This document shows positions 44,054 through 53,593 of a stretch of 64,000 bases of DNA, piece by piece. Under the pieces are notes generated by a model. That model did not search any database. It was not told the DNA's origin and saw only the letters and a program-made list of their open reading frames with translations. The stretch is taken from assembly GCA_035544895.1 (NCBI GenBank), contig DASZZM010000009.1:3797-67796 (forward strand), given 5' to 3'. The position numbers were made by a program, and so were the translations under genes. The stretch's first letter is position 1. Each line of letters starts with the position of its first letter. The stretch is from Thermoanaerobaculia bacterium (GTDB taxonomy: Bacteria; Acidobacteriota; Thermoanaerobaculia; Multivoradales; UBA5704).

Positions 44054-44329
44054 GCCGGTCGGGAAGCGGGCGAACAGCTTCCGGCATCCGCCGCCAGTCG
44101 GCGCGCCTCGCTCCTCGAGGCAGGCCGCGAGGAGACGCCGCGCCGGCAGAGCCGGATCGCCACTTCTATAGGAAGGCTATGTTTTCACAGAACGGGATGG
44201 CTGCCGCCGGATCGGCTTACGCCGAACCGGCGGTTCTCCCCGCCGCTCCTCGGTGCGACCGGGCAGGATTGCGGCAGCCTGGCCAACCCGCGTCGTACCT
44301 GCAGAGCCGCGAATCAGCGGCCTCGCGCT

Positions 44330-44602
44330 CTACGGGCCCAGCGCCAGGGCCTGCCGCAGCTGCTCCTGGAGAAGGCCCAGATTGGCAGCCAGCCGCGGCG
44401 TTTTTTGGTCCTTGCGTGCGCCTGAGGGCGAGCAGGGCGCCGTTTGGCCACAGGTCGGGACACACTGCGCGGTATTGTCCTTGCAGCTCTCCTGTTTGCA
44501 CTCCCCGTCGGCTGCTGCCCACGGTTCCATTCCGTCCGGCCATCCACCCCAAGGCCGGGCCACCGGCAGCACACTACTCATTAGATCCTTGTGCTTGAAA
44601 AT
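44330..44602 (-). CDS. Kinase-associated small Cys/Thr-rich protein D
   Basis: Likely GTG start (MIFKHKDLMSSV) preceded by AAGGAGGTGACC; the ORF-track start at 44611 adds MTV. The core has 6 Cys (ECKQESCKD...CVPTCGQTAPCSP). The C-terminus is NLGLLQEQLRQALALGP. It lies about 200 nt downstream of kinase D. Confidence 0.6.
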   Translation of the reverse strand: MFKHKDLMSSVLPVARPWGGWPDGMEPWAAADGECKQESCKDNTAQCVPTCGQTAPCSPSGARKDQKTPRLAANLGLLQEQLRQALALGP

Positions 44603-44805
44603 CACGGTCACCTCCTTGGGGCAGCCCCGGCGAAGTCGTCCCGTTTCCCCTCCGTCCCTTGCTTGCGTGCCTCGACTCGCGCCGAGCGCGCCAGGGACAA
44701 GAAAGGCCGACCCAGGTCGCGCTCGAATCCTCGACGAGTCGAGACCTGGAGCGAACAGTCAGCGATGCGGGAATTATAGACCGAAGACGGCAACCCGCAA
44801 GCCCA

Positions 44806-47800
44806 TCAGCTCGGCGAGCTCAGGGTCAGCATCCAGACATGCCCTTCGTCGCTCCCGCGCACCAGGGAGAGGAAGCGGTCCGCGGGGCCGATGCTCAGCC
44901 AGTAGAACGCCGAGCTCGCGGGAGGCTCCAGCACCGGCTGGACCTCGCGAGTGCGGGCGTCGAGCAGAAAGAGCTTGCCTTCGTCGAGATAGAGAAGACG
45001 GCTGCTGTCGTGCAGCCAGTGAGGGAAGGAGCCGTGGCCGGTCAACCGCGAGTAGCGGCCGGACTGGAAAGAATAGACCACGACGTCGCCGTCGATGCTC
45101 CCCGCCAGCCAACGCCCGTCGGGCGACCACGAGGTGGCATTGAAACCTTCATTCGTGCCGCTGGCGGGCGGCAGCTCGGTGGACACGCGCCCCGCCGGGT
45201 GCCTGGCAAGGTCGACCAGCGCGGTGCCGCGCAGGTTGAGGAAGCAGGCCAGCTTCCGCCCGTCCGGCGACCAGATCGGGTTGAAGGTGGGGCCCGGACC
45301 GTCCGCACTCGTGATCTGCTCGAGCCCGCTGCCGTCGGGGCGGATGATCCACAGCTCGTAGCGGCCGCTGCGGTTCGAGTAGAACGCGATGCGGGAGCCG
45401 TCCGGCGACCAGACAGGCCCGCGGTCCTTGTAGCGGTCGTTGGTGAGCTGCCGCAGGCCGCTGCCGTCCGGGTGGACGATGAAGAGGTCTTCCTGAGGGA
45501 AGGTCGAGTTGAAAGCGATCCAGCGGCCGTCCGGCGAAGCGTCGCAGAAGCGCACGAAGCGCGAGCCCTGGGTGACCGGCTGGAGCGGCCCCATCACCCG
45601 GCCGGCGGTGGGATCGAAGGCGACCCTCTCGATGTTCGATTTGCCGTCGCGGGTGGCATAGGCGATCCGCCGGCCGTCCCGCGAGATGCTGAGCAACCCG
45701 CTCCATGGCGAGGGCGCCGACAGCGGCTCGGGCCCTCCAAGCGGCTTGCCGGTCGCCTCGTCGATCGCCACCCGCCACAGGTTCATGGCCCCGCTGCGGT
45801 CGCTGGCGAAATACACGTACTTGCCGTCCGGCGCCCAGATCGGGCTCCAGTTGAGGTACTGGTCGTCGACGAGCGGCACCGCCTCGCGGCTGCCCACCGG
45901 GCTGGTGCGGTCCGCCGGAATCGTCCACAGCACCCGGTGCCCGGCGCCGCCTGACGTCCCGGGGAGGCCCCAGTAGGCGATGCGCCGGCCGTGCGGCGAC
46001 CAGCTCGGCTGCACCGCGTCGGCCTCGAGCACCAGACGTCTGGCGCCGGTCGCGACGTCGATCCGCCAGATCCGGCTGTCGGATGTCCTGACGGCGGGGT
46101 CGGCCACCCCTTCGGTGGCGCACAGCACCTCCGTCGCGTCCGGCGACCAGGCCGGGTTGTAGCAGTTGAAGTCGGTCAGGCGCCGCACCGACTCGCCGGT
46201 GGCGCCCATGAGAAAGATGCCGCCGCCGTCGCGCTCCGAGCGGAAGGCGATCTGCTGGCCGTCGGACGAGAAGGCCGGCTGCGTATCCGATGCCGGGGAG
46301 TCGCGGCTGAGATCGATGGAGTTGCCGCCGCCGGCGCGCTGCAGGTAGATGTGGCTCCTGCCGCCCGCGGTCTTGCAGTAGGCGAAGTAATTGCCGTCCG
46401 GCGAGAGGCTGGGGAAGGTCTCGCTCCCCGGCAAGTCGGTGAGCTGGGCGAAGGTCGCCCGGACCGGCGCCCCCGCACCCGCCGCCGCGGCCGCCCTGCC
46501 GGCGCCGGAGCGCCAGAGCAGGTAGCCGGCGCCGGCGGCGAGCGCCAGCAGGGCCGCGGCGGCAACCCATAGGGGGGGTCTTCCGGGGTTCTTGCCTTCG
46601 CCAGGGCCAAGGCCGGCGCTGGGCCTCGCGGCGACGGGCTCCTGCTGGCCAGGTCCCTGCTGGATGCCGGGGGTCCATGCGCCGGCGGCCGTACCGGGAG
46701 TCCATGCGCCAGGTCCTTGCTGGGCGCTGGGAGGCCATGCGCCGGGTGTCTGCTGCTTGCCGGAAGCCCGCGCACCGGGTTCCTGTCGCGCGCCGGCACT
46801 CCGGGGCGAAGTTTCCTGCTGCCCGCCAGGGCTCCCGGCGGCGGTGGGCGGTTGGCGGTGGGGGCTCAAGGCGCCAGGCCGTTGCAGGGCAGGACGCTCG
46901 GCCTCCTCCTCCGCACCCAAGCTCTCCAGCGCCTCTTCTACGCTCGGCTGCTCGACTCCCGCGAAGGTGGGCATGTCGCTCACCGTCCGCTCGGCCGCGC
47001 TCTCCGAGGCGGCGGCCAGGCCGGTCGAGGCGGCGATCTCTTCGAGGGCCTGGGCCACGTCCAGGGCGCTGCGCGGCCGCCGCCGGGGGTCCTTCTCGAG
47101 CAGGCGCTCGACCAGCGCGGCGAGCTCGCGCGGCAGGCCGGGGCAGGTCATGTCGAGCGGCGGGGGCCGGTGGGTGAGCACCCGGCGCAGCGAGTCCACG
47201 TGGCTGCTGCCGCGGAACGGCGACTGGCTGGTGGTCAGCTCGTAGAGCAGCACCCCGAGCGAGAACAGGTCGGAGCGGGCATCGGCGTGCCCGCCCCTGA
47301 CTTGCTCGGGCGAGATGGTATGGAAGGTGCCCATCACCAGGCCCTCGGCGGTCAGCGAGTCCTCCTTGCCCTCCTCCCGCCAGAACGACTTCACCAGCCC
47401 GAAGTCGAGGATCTTGACCCGCCCCGCGGGGGTGACCATGACGTTTTCGGTCTTGAGGTCGCGGTGCACGAAGCCGGCGGCATGCGCCGCTTGGAGGCCG
47501 AGCGCGATCTCGCGGCCCAGGCGCACGGCCAGGGCCGGGTCGAGCGGCCCTTGCGCCTCCACCATCTCCGCCAGGGTCCTGCCCTCGACGTACTCGAGGA
47601 CCAGGGTGTCGCCGCCGTCGTCCTCGACGAGGTCGAAGACCTGCACCAGGGCCGGATGGTTGAGCCGCGCCGCCGCGCGCGCTTCGCGGCGGAAGCGCTG
47701 CCGCTGCACGTCCGACAGCGGCCCGTCGTGGCGGATGCGCTTGATCGCCACCAGCCTTCCCAGCCGGTCGTCGAAGGCAAGGAAGACCTCCCCCATGCCG

Positions 47801-48099
47801 CCGCGCCCGAGGCGCCGCTCCACGCGATAAGCGCCGATCCGCTCGCCGGGCCGCAGGGAGCGGCTGGAGCCGCGGGCGGCCCCCTCTTCGTCGCTGTCTT
47901 CGGCGGGAGGAGGAGAGTCCGGCCGCTCGGCAGGCGACTCGTCCCGCGCCAATGCTTCGGCTGACTGGGGAGGGAAGTCTCCTCGGCTGGAAGGGGCGCT
48001 CGGCCTGGTAGGCTTGCGAGTCATCGAGCATGGCAAGGATAGCAGAAGAGCCGGATGCCAAGATCGCCGCGCGGCATCGTGGCCGTTGGCGTAGTGCAT
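44806..48099 (-). CDS. Transmembrane Ser/Thr kinase with TolB-like propeller, cassette D
   Basis: Same kinase, TM and PD40 architecture. The linker is long and Pro/Gly/Gln-rich. The start is uncertain (48099, or internal ATG about 48024, MTRKPTRP). Confidence 0.8.
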   Translation of the reverse strand: MHYANGHDAARRSWHPALLLSLPCSMTRKPTRPSAPSSRGDFPPQSAEALARDESPAERPDSPPPAEDSDEEGAARGSSRSLRPGERIGAYRVERRLGRGGMGEVFLAFDDRLGRLVAIKRIRHDGPLSDVQRQRFRREARAAARLNHPALVQVFDLVEDDGGDTLVLEYVEGRTLAEMVEAQGPLDPALAVRLGREIALGLQAAHAAGFVHRDLKTENVMVTPAGRVKILDFGLVKSFWREEGKEDSLTAEGLVMGTFHTISPEQVRGGHADARSDLFSLGVLLYELTTSQSPFRGSSHVDSLRRVLTHRPPPLDMTCPGLPRELAALVERLLEKDPRRRPRSALDVAQALEEIAASTGLAAASESAAERTVSDMPTFAGVEQPSVEEALESLGAEEEAERPALQRPGALSPHRQPPTAAGSPGGQQETSPRSAGARQEPGARASGKQQTPGAWPPSAQQGPGAWTPGTAAGAWTPGIQQGPGQQEPVAARPSAGLGPGEGKNPGRPPLWVAAAALLALAAGAGYLLWRSGAGRAAAAAGAGAPVRATFAQLTDLPGSETFPSLSPDGNYFAYCKTAGGRSHIYLQRAGGGNSIDLSRDSPASDTQPAFSSDGQQIAFRSERDGGGIFLMGATGESVRRLTDFNCYNPAWSPDATEVLCATEGVADPAVRTSDSRIWRIDVATGARRLVLEADAVQPSWSPHGRRIAYWGLPGTSGGAGHRVLWTIPADRTSPVGSREAVPLVDDQYLNWSPIWAPDGKYVYFASDRSGAMNLWRVAIDEATGKPLGGPEPLSAPSPWSGLLSISRDGRRIAYATRDGKSNIERVAFDPTAGRVMGPLQPVTQGSRFVRFCDASPDGRWIAFNSTFPQEDLFIVHPDGSGLRQLTNDRYKDRGPVWSPDGSRIAFYSNRSGRYELWIIRPDGSGLEQITSADGPGPTFNPIWSPDGRKLACFLNLRGTALVDLARHPAGRVSTELPPASGTNEGFNATSWSPDGRWLAGSIDGDVVVYSFQSGRYSRLTGHGSFPHWLHDSSRLLYLDEGKLFLLDARTREVQPVLEPPASSAFYWLSIGPADRFLSLVRGSDEGHVWMLTLSSPS

Positions 48100-48166
48100 G
48101 GGCGAAATAGATGACTTGCTATTAGTGATTGCGCGCGACGCGCCGCATCTCCTCCTCTCAGTTTTC

Positions 48167-48222
48167 GGATAGGGACGCTCTATCTCAACAGATAGGCCGG
48201 CTGGCCGCCGCGGCGGCCAGCA
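48167..48222 (+). promoter_or_regulatory. Overlapping GATAG/CTATC palindromes (ggatagggacgctctatctcaacagatagg) followed by a 22-bp perfect palindrome gctggccgccgcggcggccagc, upstream of the He_PIG gene
   Basis: The motif block recurs upstream of the paralog at 50948-50976. It is a likely operator for a shared regulator. Confidence 0.3.
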
Positions 48223-48400
48223 TTCTCCCGCCTCATGCGTAACCTCTCAGGTCAAAGGGTTTAGAGCCGCGCCCCCAGAAGGCTCCGAGGTGGCACCGGA
48301 CCTGCTCTATACGGCAGACGAATCGATCACTCGAGAAAGCAGCGAGGCGCAGATGAGCTCGATGCTCAACAGTTTCTCTTACAGGAAAACGGAGGATACG

Positions 48401-50794
48401 ATGAGAGCCAAGACGAGGAATACCTGCTTGCTGGCGGTCGCGCTCCTGCTCGCGGTGAATCAGGCCGCGCTGGCGGGCAGCTTTCAGCCTGGCAACATCC
48501 TGACCGCACCCAACGTCCATTTCGACAAGACCAACGGCTACGTGGTCCGCATCAGCAACGTCTCCGAGGACAAGACCGGCGTGCAGGTCACCCTCTACGA
48601 CGCCAACGGCAAGACCCTCAAGTCCGTCCACCGGTCGCTCGCCGCGCACGCGCTGTGGTCGGCGAACCTGAGAGATTGGAGCAAGTCGATCGGCACCGGC
48701 GACGATCCGGCCCTCGGCGACTACATGATCTTCGCCGGCGACCAGGCGGTGCTCATCGGCGGCGGCTTCAGCCTCGGCCCGGAAGGCCCGACCGGGGGAT
48801 CGTTCGTCTCCTCGTCCGAATGCGACCGCTGCAAGACCTTCTGGGTCTTCTGGAGCGGCGGCGGCGGCTTCCATACCGACCTGGTGGTGTACAGCCAGCC
48901 CTCGCTGACCGGCAGCAACGCCGTCCGCGTCACTCCCTACGACGACACCGGCTCCCAGGGCGACAGCGTGACCATCGACAATCCGCCGACGACGTCGGTC
49001 TATGACGTCGCCAACCTCGTCGCCGGCACCTTCAACGGCGGCGACCGGACCTCGGGCACCCTCAAGGTCGAGCTTCCGGCGGCCGGCGGCGAGGTGCGCG
49101 TGCGCATTTTCGCTCCTTCCGGCAAGGCCGAAGAGGAGAAGGGATGGTGCGACATCCCTCGCGTTGATCTGAGCCAGCCGCCCCCGCCGCCGCCGTCCGC
49201 GGCAGCCTGCAAATCGTTTGCGGCCACTCCGGCGTCCATCGTGTCCGGCGATCACGCGACTCTCTCCTGGAGCGTCTCGAACGCGCAATCCGGATCGATC
49301 GACCAGGGCGTCGGCTCGATCGCCGTGCCCAGCGGCTTCACCGTGGTCTCGCCGGCGGGGCCCACCAAGTACACCTTGACGGTGCAAGGCAACGACGGGT
49401 CGGCCATCTCCTGCTTCGCCAACGTGGACGTCACTCCTCCCGGCAATCAGTGCACCGCGCTAACCCTCACCGGCCCCTCCACCGCCTCCGGGAAGGTCGG
49501 GACTCCCTTCTCACTCAGCCTGCAGTCGAGCGGCACCCTGAGCGCGAACAGCCTGCCGCCCGGCCTGGCGCTCAACGGCAGCACCATCAGCGGCACGCCG
49601 ACCACGCAAGGGACTTACACCGCGCATGTGATCGCCAACAGCCCGGGTGCCTGCGCCCCGATCGACCTGAAGATCGTCATCTCCATCGACCCGGCGCCTT
49701 CGCCGACTTGCAGCGCCGGCAACCCCAGCCTGACCGTCCCGTCCACCGCCAAGGGGAAAGTCGGCAATTCCTTCTCCCTCACCCTCACGGTAAGCAATGC
49801 GGACACCCTGACCGCCGGCAACCTGCCGCCGGGCCTCAGCCTCAGCGGCAACGTCATCAGCGGCACGCCGACCAGTGAAGGGGTCTACGACGTGGCGGTG
49901 GTGGCCGCCAACCAGTGCGGCAACGTCAATCGGCACATCACCATCACCATCGAGCATTGCGACCAGCCCCCGACGTGCACTAAGCCCAGCCTGTATGCCA
50001 AGTCCTCGGCGTCCGGCAAGGTGGGCTCCCCCTTCTCGCTCGAGATCCAGGTGAGCGACGGAGCGTCTCTCTCCGCCTCGAGCCTGCCCCCGGGCCTGAG
50101 CCTCAAGGACAACGTCATCAGCGGCACGCCGACCCAGGAGGGGAGCTACGACGTGACGGTGACGGCCACCAACTCCTGCGACAAGGCCAGCCTGCACATC
50201 ACCATCAAGGTCGAGCGCTGCGATCAGCCCCCGACCTGCACCAAGCCCAGCGTCTACGGCAAGTCCTCGGCGTCCGGCAAGGTGGGCTCGATGTTCTCGC
50301 TCGATCTCCAGGTCAGCGACGGCGCGACCCTCTCGGCCAGCAACCTGCCGCCCGGCCTCGAGATCGATGGCGGCAAGATCTACGGCACGCCGACCAAGGA
50401 GGGCAGCTACGACGTGCAGGTGACGGCCAAGAACTCCTGCGGCGAGGCCGGCCTGCACATCACCATCACCGTCGACAAGTGCGATACCCCTCCGACCCCT
50501 CCCGACTGCAAGGAGCCCTACACCCATGTTCCGGACAAGGTCTCCTGCAAGGTCGGCAAGGACTTCTACCTCGATCTGAAAGTCACCGGCACCATGCCGC
50601 TCGAATACAGCCCCAAGGACCTTCCGGAAGGGATCGAGCTGGATACCGACAACAACCAGCTCAAGGGAAGTCCGCACAAGAAGGGCTCCTACACCGCGGT
50701 CATCCGGGCCCACAACGCCTGCGGCAAGTTCAACCAGAAGATCGAGTTCGACGTCAAGGGCGAGAACGAGGACGATGGTGGCGGCAATAACTGA
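48401..50794 (+). CDS. Secreted protein with an N-terminal unknown domain and about five He_PIG (putative Ig / dystroglycan-type) repeats
   Basis: ATG 48401 preceded by GGAGGATACG. Signal peptide MRAKTRNTCLLAVALLLAVNQAALAGS. Repeats of LPPGLSL..N.ISGTPT.EG.YDV.V.A.N.CG separated by CDQPPTCTKPS linkers. The in-frame upstream extension of the ORF track is rejected. Confidence 0.75.
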   Translation: MRAKTRNTCLLAVALLLAVNQAALAGSFQPGNILTAPNVHFDKTNGYVVRISNVSEDKTGVQVTLYDANGKTLKSVHRSLAAHALWSANLRDWSKSIGTGDDPALGDYMIFAGDQAVLIGGGFSLGPEGPTGGSFVSSSECDRCKTFWVFWSGGGGFHTDLVVYSQPSLTGSNAVRVTPYDDTGSQGDSVTIDNPPTTSVYDVANLVAGTFNGGDRTSGTLKVELPAAGGEVRVRIFAPSGKAEEEKGWCDIPRVDLSQPPPPPPSAAACKSFAATPASIVSGDHATLSWSVSNAQSGSIDQGVGSIAVPSGFTVVSPAGPTKYTLTVQGNDGSAISCFANVDVTPPGNQCTALTLTGPSTASGKVGTPFSLSLQSSGTLSANSLPPGLALNGSTISGTPTTQGTYTAHVIANSPGACAPIDLKIVISIDPAPSPTCSAGNPSLTVPSTAKGKVGNSFSLTLTVSNADTLTAGNLPPGLSLSGNVISGTPTSEGVYDVAVVAANQCGNVNRHITITIEHCDQPPTCTKPSLYAKSSASGKVGSPFSLEIQVSDGASLSASSLPPGLSLKDNVISGTPTQEGSYDVTVTATNSCDKASLHITIKVERCDQPPTCTKPSVYGKSSASGKVGSMFSLDLQVSDGATLSASNLPPGLEIDGGKIYGTPTKEGSYDVQVTAKNSCGEAGLHITITVDKCDTPPTPPDCKEPYTHVPDKVSCKVGKDFYLDLKVTGTMPLEYSPKDLPEGIELDTDNNQLKGSPHKKGSYTAVIRAHNACGKFNQKIEFDVKGENEDDGGGNN

Positions 50795-50822
50795 GCCCCC
50801 GTCATGAGCCCCGGCTAGCGCC

Positions 50823-50868
50823 CCCGCATCTCCCACCTCCCTGCAAAGGGTCCGGTGGGAGATGCGGG
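50823..50868 (+). terminator. Stem-loop (15-bp perfect stem cccgcatctcccacc / ggtgggagatgcggg, 16-nt loop) immediately after the He_PIG gene stop; GC-type intrinsic terminator without a T-tract
   Basis: The inverted repeat is visible in the sequence, and the same hairpin follows the paralog at 53111-53150. Confidence 0.45.
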
Positions 50869-50947
50869 CCCCTTCCCACCTCCCGGCGCGTTGCCACCCG
50901 GCAGCGCGCCGGCGCTTTTCCGGCCTCTCTCTCCCTCTCGTTTTTCG

Positions 50948-50976
50948 GATAGGAGCAGTCTATCCGAACAGATAGA
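50948..50976 (+). promoter_or_regulatory. Second copy of the GATAG/CTATC overlapping-palindrome motif (ggataggagcagtctatccgaacagatag) upstream of He_PIG paralog 2
   Basis: Conserved relative to 48167-48196. Confidence 0.3.
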
Positions 50977-51183
50977 CAGGCCGGCCGCCGCGGCCATCGC
51001 GCCCGCTCCAGTCTAGCTCCTAACAATCTCATTACAAAAGAGTTATAGCCGAGTCGCGGACCTGCTCCCGGAGTGGCACCGGACCTGCTCTATACCCAAG
51101 CAGAATCGATCACTCGAGAAAGCCGCGAGGCACGGATGAGCTCGATGCCCAACAGTTTCTCTGACGAGGATGTGGAGGATACG

Positions 51184-53055
51184 ATGAGAGCGCAGACGAG
51201 GAATATTTGCTTGCCGGCGGTCGCGCTCCTGCTCGCGGTCAATCAGGCCGCGCTGGCGGGCAGCTTTCAGCCCGGCAACGTCCTGACCGCCCCCGGCGTT
51301 CACTTCGACAAGACCAACGGCTACGTGGTCCGCGTCAGCAACGTCTCCGAAGACGCCACCGGCGTGCAGGTCACTCTCTACGACTCCAACGGCAAGACCC
51401 TCAAGTCCGTCCACCGGTCGCTCGCCGCGCACGCGCTGTGGTCGGCGAACCTGAGAGATTGGAGCAAGTCGATCGGCACCGCCGACGACCCCGCCCTCGG
51501 CGCCTACATGATCTTCGCCGGCGACCAGGCGGTGCTCATCGGCGGCGGCTTCAGCCTCGGCCCCGAAGGCCCGACGGGGGGATCGTTCATCTCCTCGGCC
51601 GAGTGCGACCGCTGCAAGACTTTCTGGGTCTTCTGGAGCGGCGGCGGCGGCTTCCATACCGACATGGTGATCTACAACCAGCCTTCGTTGACCGGAAGCA
51701 ACCAGGTCCGCGTCACACCCTACGACGACACCGGGTCGCGAGGCGACAGCGTGGTCATCGACAATCCCCCGACGAGCTCGACCTACGACGTCGCCAACCT
51801 CGTCGCCGGCGCCTTCAACGGCGGCGACCGGACCTCGGGCACTCTCAAGGTCGAGCTGCCCTCGGCCGGCGGCGACGTGCGGGTGCGCATCTTCTCTCCA
51901 TCAGGCAAGGCCGAAGAGGAACGCGGGTGGTGCGACATCCCTCCCGTTGATTTGAGCCAGCCGCCCCCGCCGCCGCCGTCCGCGGCCGCCTGCAAGTCGT
52001 TCGCGGCGACTCCCGCGGCCATCGCGTCCGGCGATCACGCGACTCTCTCCTGGAGCGTCTCCAACGCGCAATCCGGATCGATCGATCAGGGCGTCGGCTC
52101 GGTCGCCGTGCCCAGCGGCTTCGCCGTGGTCTCGCCGGTGGCGACCACCAAGTACACCTTGACGCTGCAAGGCAACGACGGCTCGACCGTCTCCTGCTCG
52201 ACGACCGTGGGCGCCAGCCAGCAAGAGCCGCCGTGCTCGCTGCCCACCCTCTCCGGCCCCGCCAGCGCCTCCGGGAAGGTCGGGATCCCGTTCTCCCTCG
52301 GCCTGCAGTCGAGCGGAGGCACCCTGAACGCGAGCAGCCTGCCGCCCGGACTGGCGCTCAACGGCAGCACCATCGGCGGCACGCCGACCAAGGACGGGAC
52401 CTACAACGTGCAGCTGACCGCCGCGGCCTCCTGCGGCATGGCCGGCCTGAAGATCGCCATCACCATCCAGCCCGGCGATCAGCCACCCCCGCCGGGGACG
52501 TGCACCAAACCGACCCTGGGCGGCCCGTCCTCCGCGTCGGGGAAGGTCGGCATTGCGTTCTCCCTCACCCTGCAGGCGAGCGGAGCCAACCTGACCGCGG
52601 GCAGCCTGCCGCCGGGCCTCAGCCTCTACGGCAACGTCATCGGCGGCACGCCGACCAGAGAAGGGGTCTACGACGTGCAGCTGGTGGCCGCGAGCTCCTG
52701 CGGCAAGGCCAACCTCCACATCACCATCACCGTCGAGCATGGCGATCAGCCGCCCGCGCCTCCCGGCTGCAAGGAGCCTTACGCCCACGTTCCCGACAAG
52801 GTCTCCGGCAAGGTCGGCAAGAGTTTCTACCTCGACCTGAAAGTCACCGGCACCCTGCCGCTCGAATACAGCCCGAAGGACCTTCCGGAAGGCGTCGAGC
52901 TCGATACCGACCACAACGAGCTCAAGGGCACCCCGACCAAGAAGGGCTGCTACTACGCGGTCATCCGGGCCCACAACTCCTGCGGCAAGTTCAACCAGAA
53001 GATCGAGATCGACGTCAAGGGCGAGAACGAGGACGGCGGCGGCGGCGGTGACTGA
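51184..53055 (+). CDS. Secreted He_PIG-repeat protein, paralog of 48401-50794 (about four Ig-like repeats)
   Basis: The same GGAGGATACG-ATG start context and signal peptide MRAQTRNICLPAVALLLAVNQAALAGS. A conserved leader of about 110 nt precedes it. The N-terminal domain is about 90% identical to that of paralog 1. Confidence 0.75.
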   Translation: MRAQTRNICLPAVALLLAVNQAALAGSFQPGNVLTAPGVHFDKTNGYVVRVSNVSEDATGVQVTLYDSNGKTLKSVHRSLAAHALWSANLRDWSKSIGTADDPALGAYMIFAGDQAVLIGGGFSLGPEGPTGGSFISSAECDRCKTFWVFWSGGGGFHTDMVIYNQPSLTGSNQVRVTPYDDTGSRGDSVVIDNPPTSSTYDVANLVAGAFNGGDRTSGTLKVELPSAGGDVRVRIFSPSGKAEEERGWCDIPPVDLSQPPPPPPSAAACKSFAATPAAIASGDHATLSWSVSNAQSGSIDQGVGSVAVPSGFAVVSPVATTKYTLTLQGNDGSTVSCSTTVGASQQEPPCSLPTLSGPASASGKVGIPFSLGLQSSGGTLNASSLPPGLALNGSTIGGTPTKDGTYNVQLTAAASCGMAGLKIAITIQPGDQPPPPGTCTKPTLGGPSSASGKVGIAFSLTLQASGANLTAGSLPPGLSLYGNVIGGTPTREGVYDVQLVAASSCGKANLHITITVEHGDQPPAPPGCKEPYAHVPDKVSGKVGKSFYLDLKVTGTLPLEYSPKDLPEGVELDTDHNELKGTPTKKGCYYAVIRAHNSCGKFNQKIEIDVKGENEDGGGGGD

Positions 53056-53110
53056 GCCCCGGGTCCTGAGCCCCCGCTAGCTCACCTTCCGGCGCGCCTT
53101 CCGATCCCCG

Positions 53111-53150
53111 CATCTCCCACCTCCTTGCAAGAGGTCCGGTGGGAGATGCT
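53111..53150 (+). terminator. Stem-loop gcatctcccacc / ggtgggagatgc (12-bp stem) after He_PIG paralog 2
   Basis: Duplicate of the hairpin at 50823-50868. Confidence 0.4.
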
Positions 53151-53222
53151 GGCCCCAAAACGGCTACGTAATAGACGGCGTGCGGGAGCCTCGCCGGCGG
53201 CGCGGGCTCCTCCTCCGAGCGC

Positions 53223-53516
53223 GTGCTCGCCGGCACCAGCGGCGGCGGGATCTGGCAGACCAACGATGGCGGCGGCTCTTGGACCCGGTCTCCGGGGGTC
53301 GCCCTCCTTCCCGTGTCGAGCCTCGCGATTGACGCCACCGATTCATCCGTTCTCTATGTCGGCACCGATTCCTCCGGCACCTGGAAGAGCCGCGATCGCG
53401 GCGTTCACTGGCAGGAGGCTGACCGTGGGCTGCCCCAGCTCACCATCCGCGCGCTGGCGATTGATCCCAGAAACCCGGATCGGCTCTTCGCGGATCACAG
53501 TGCCTTAGAGCGATAG
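53223..53516 (+). pseudogene. Short BNR/Asp-box fragment (97 codons), probably a remnant of a propeller gene like those at 14-18 kb
   Basis: GIWQTNDGGGSWTRS, GTDSSGTWKSRDRGVHWQE and LAIDPRNPDRLFA resemble the N-terminal blades of the BNR proteins, but the ORF is far too short for a propeller and has a GTG start with no signal peptide. Confidence 0.3.
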
Positions 53517-53593
53517 GGCGCGGTGACGGCGGACTACGCCGCCGGGCGGCCGCAGGCCTACCGCCCGGGGGGCTTCGGCCCTCCGGGCTGGCT

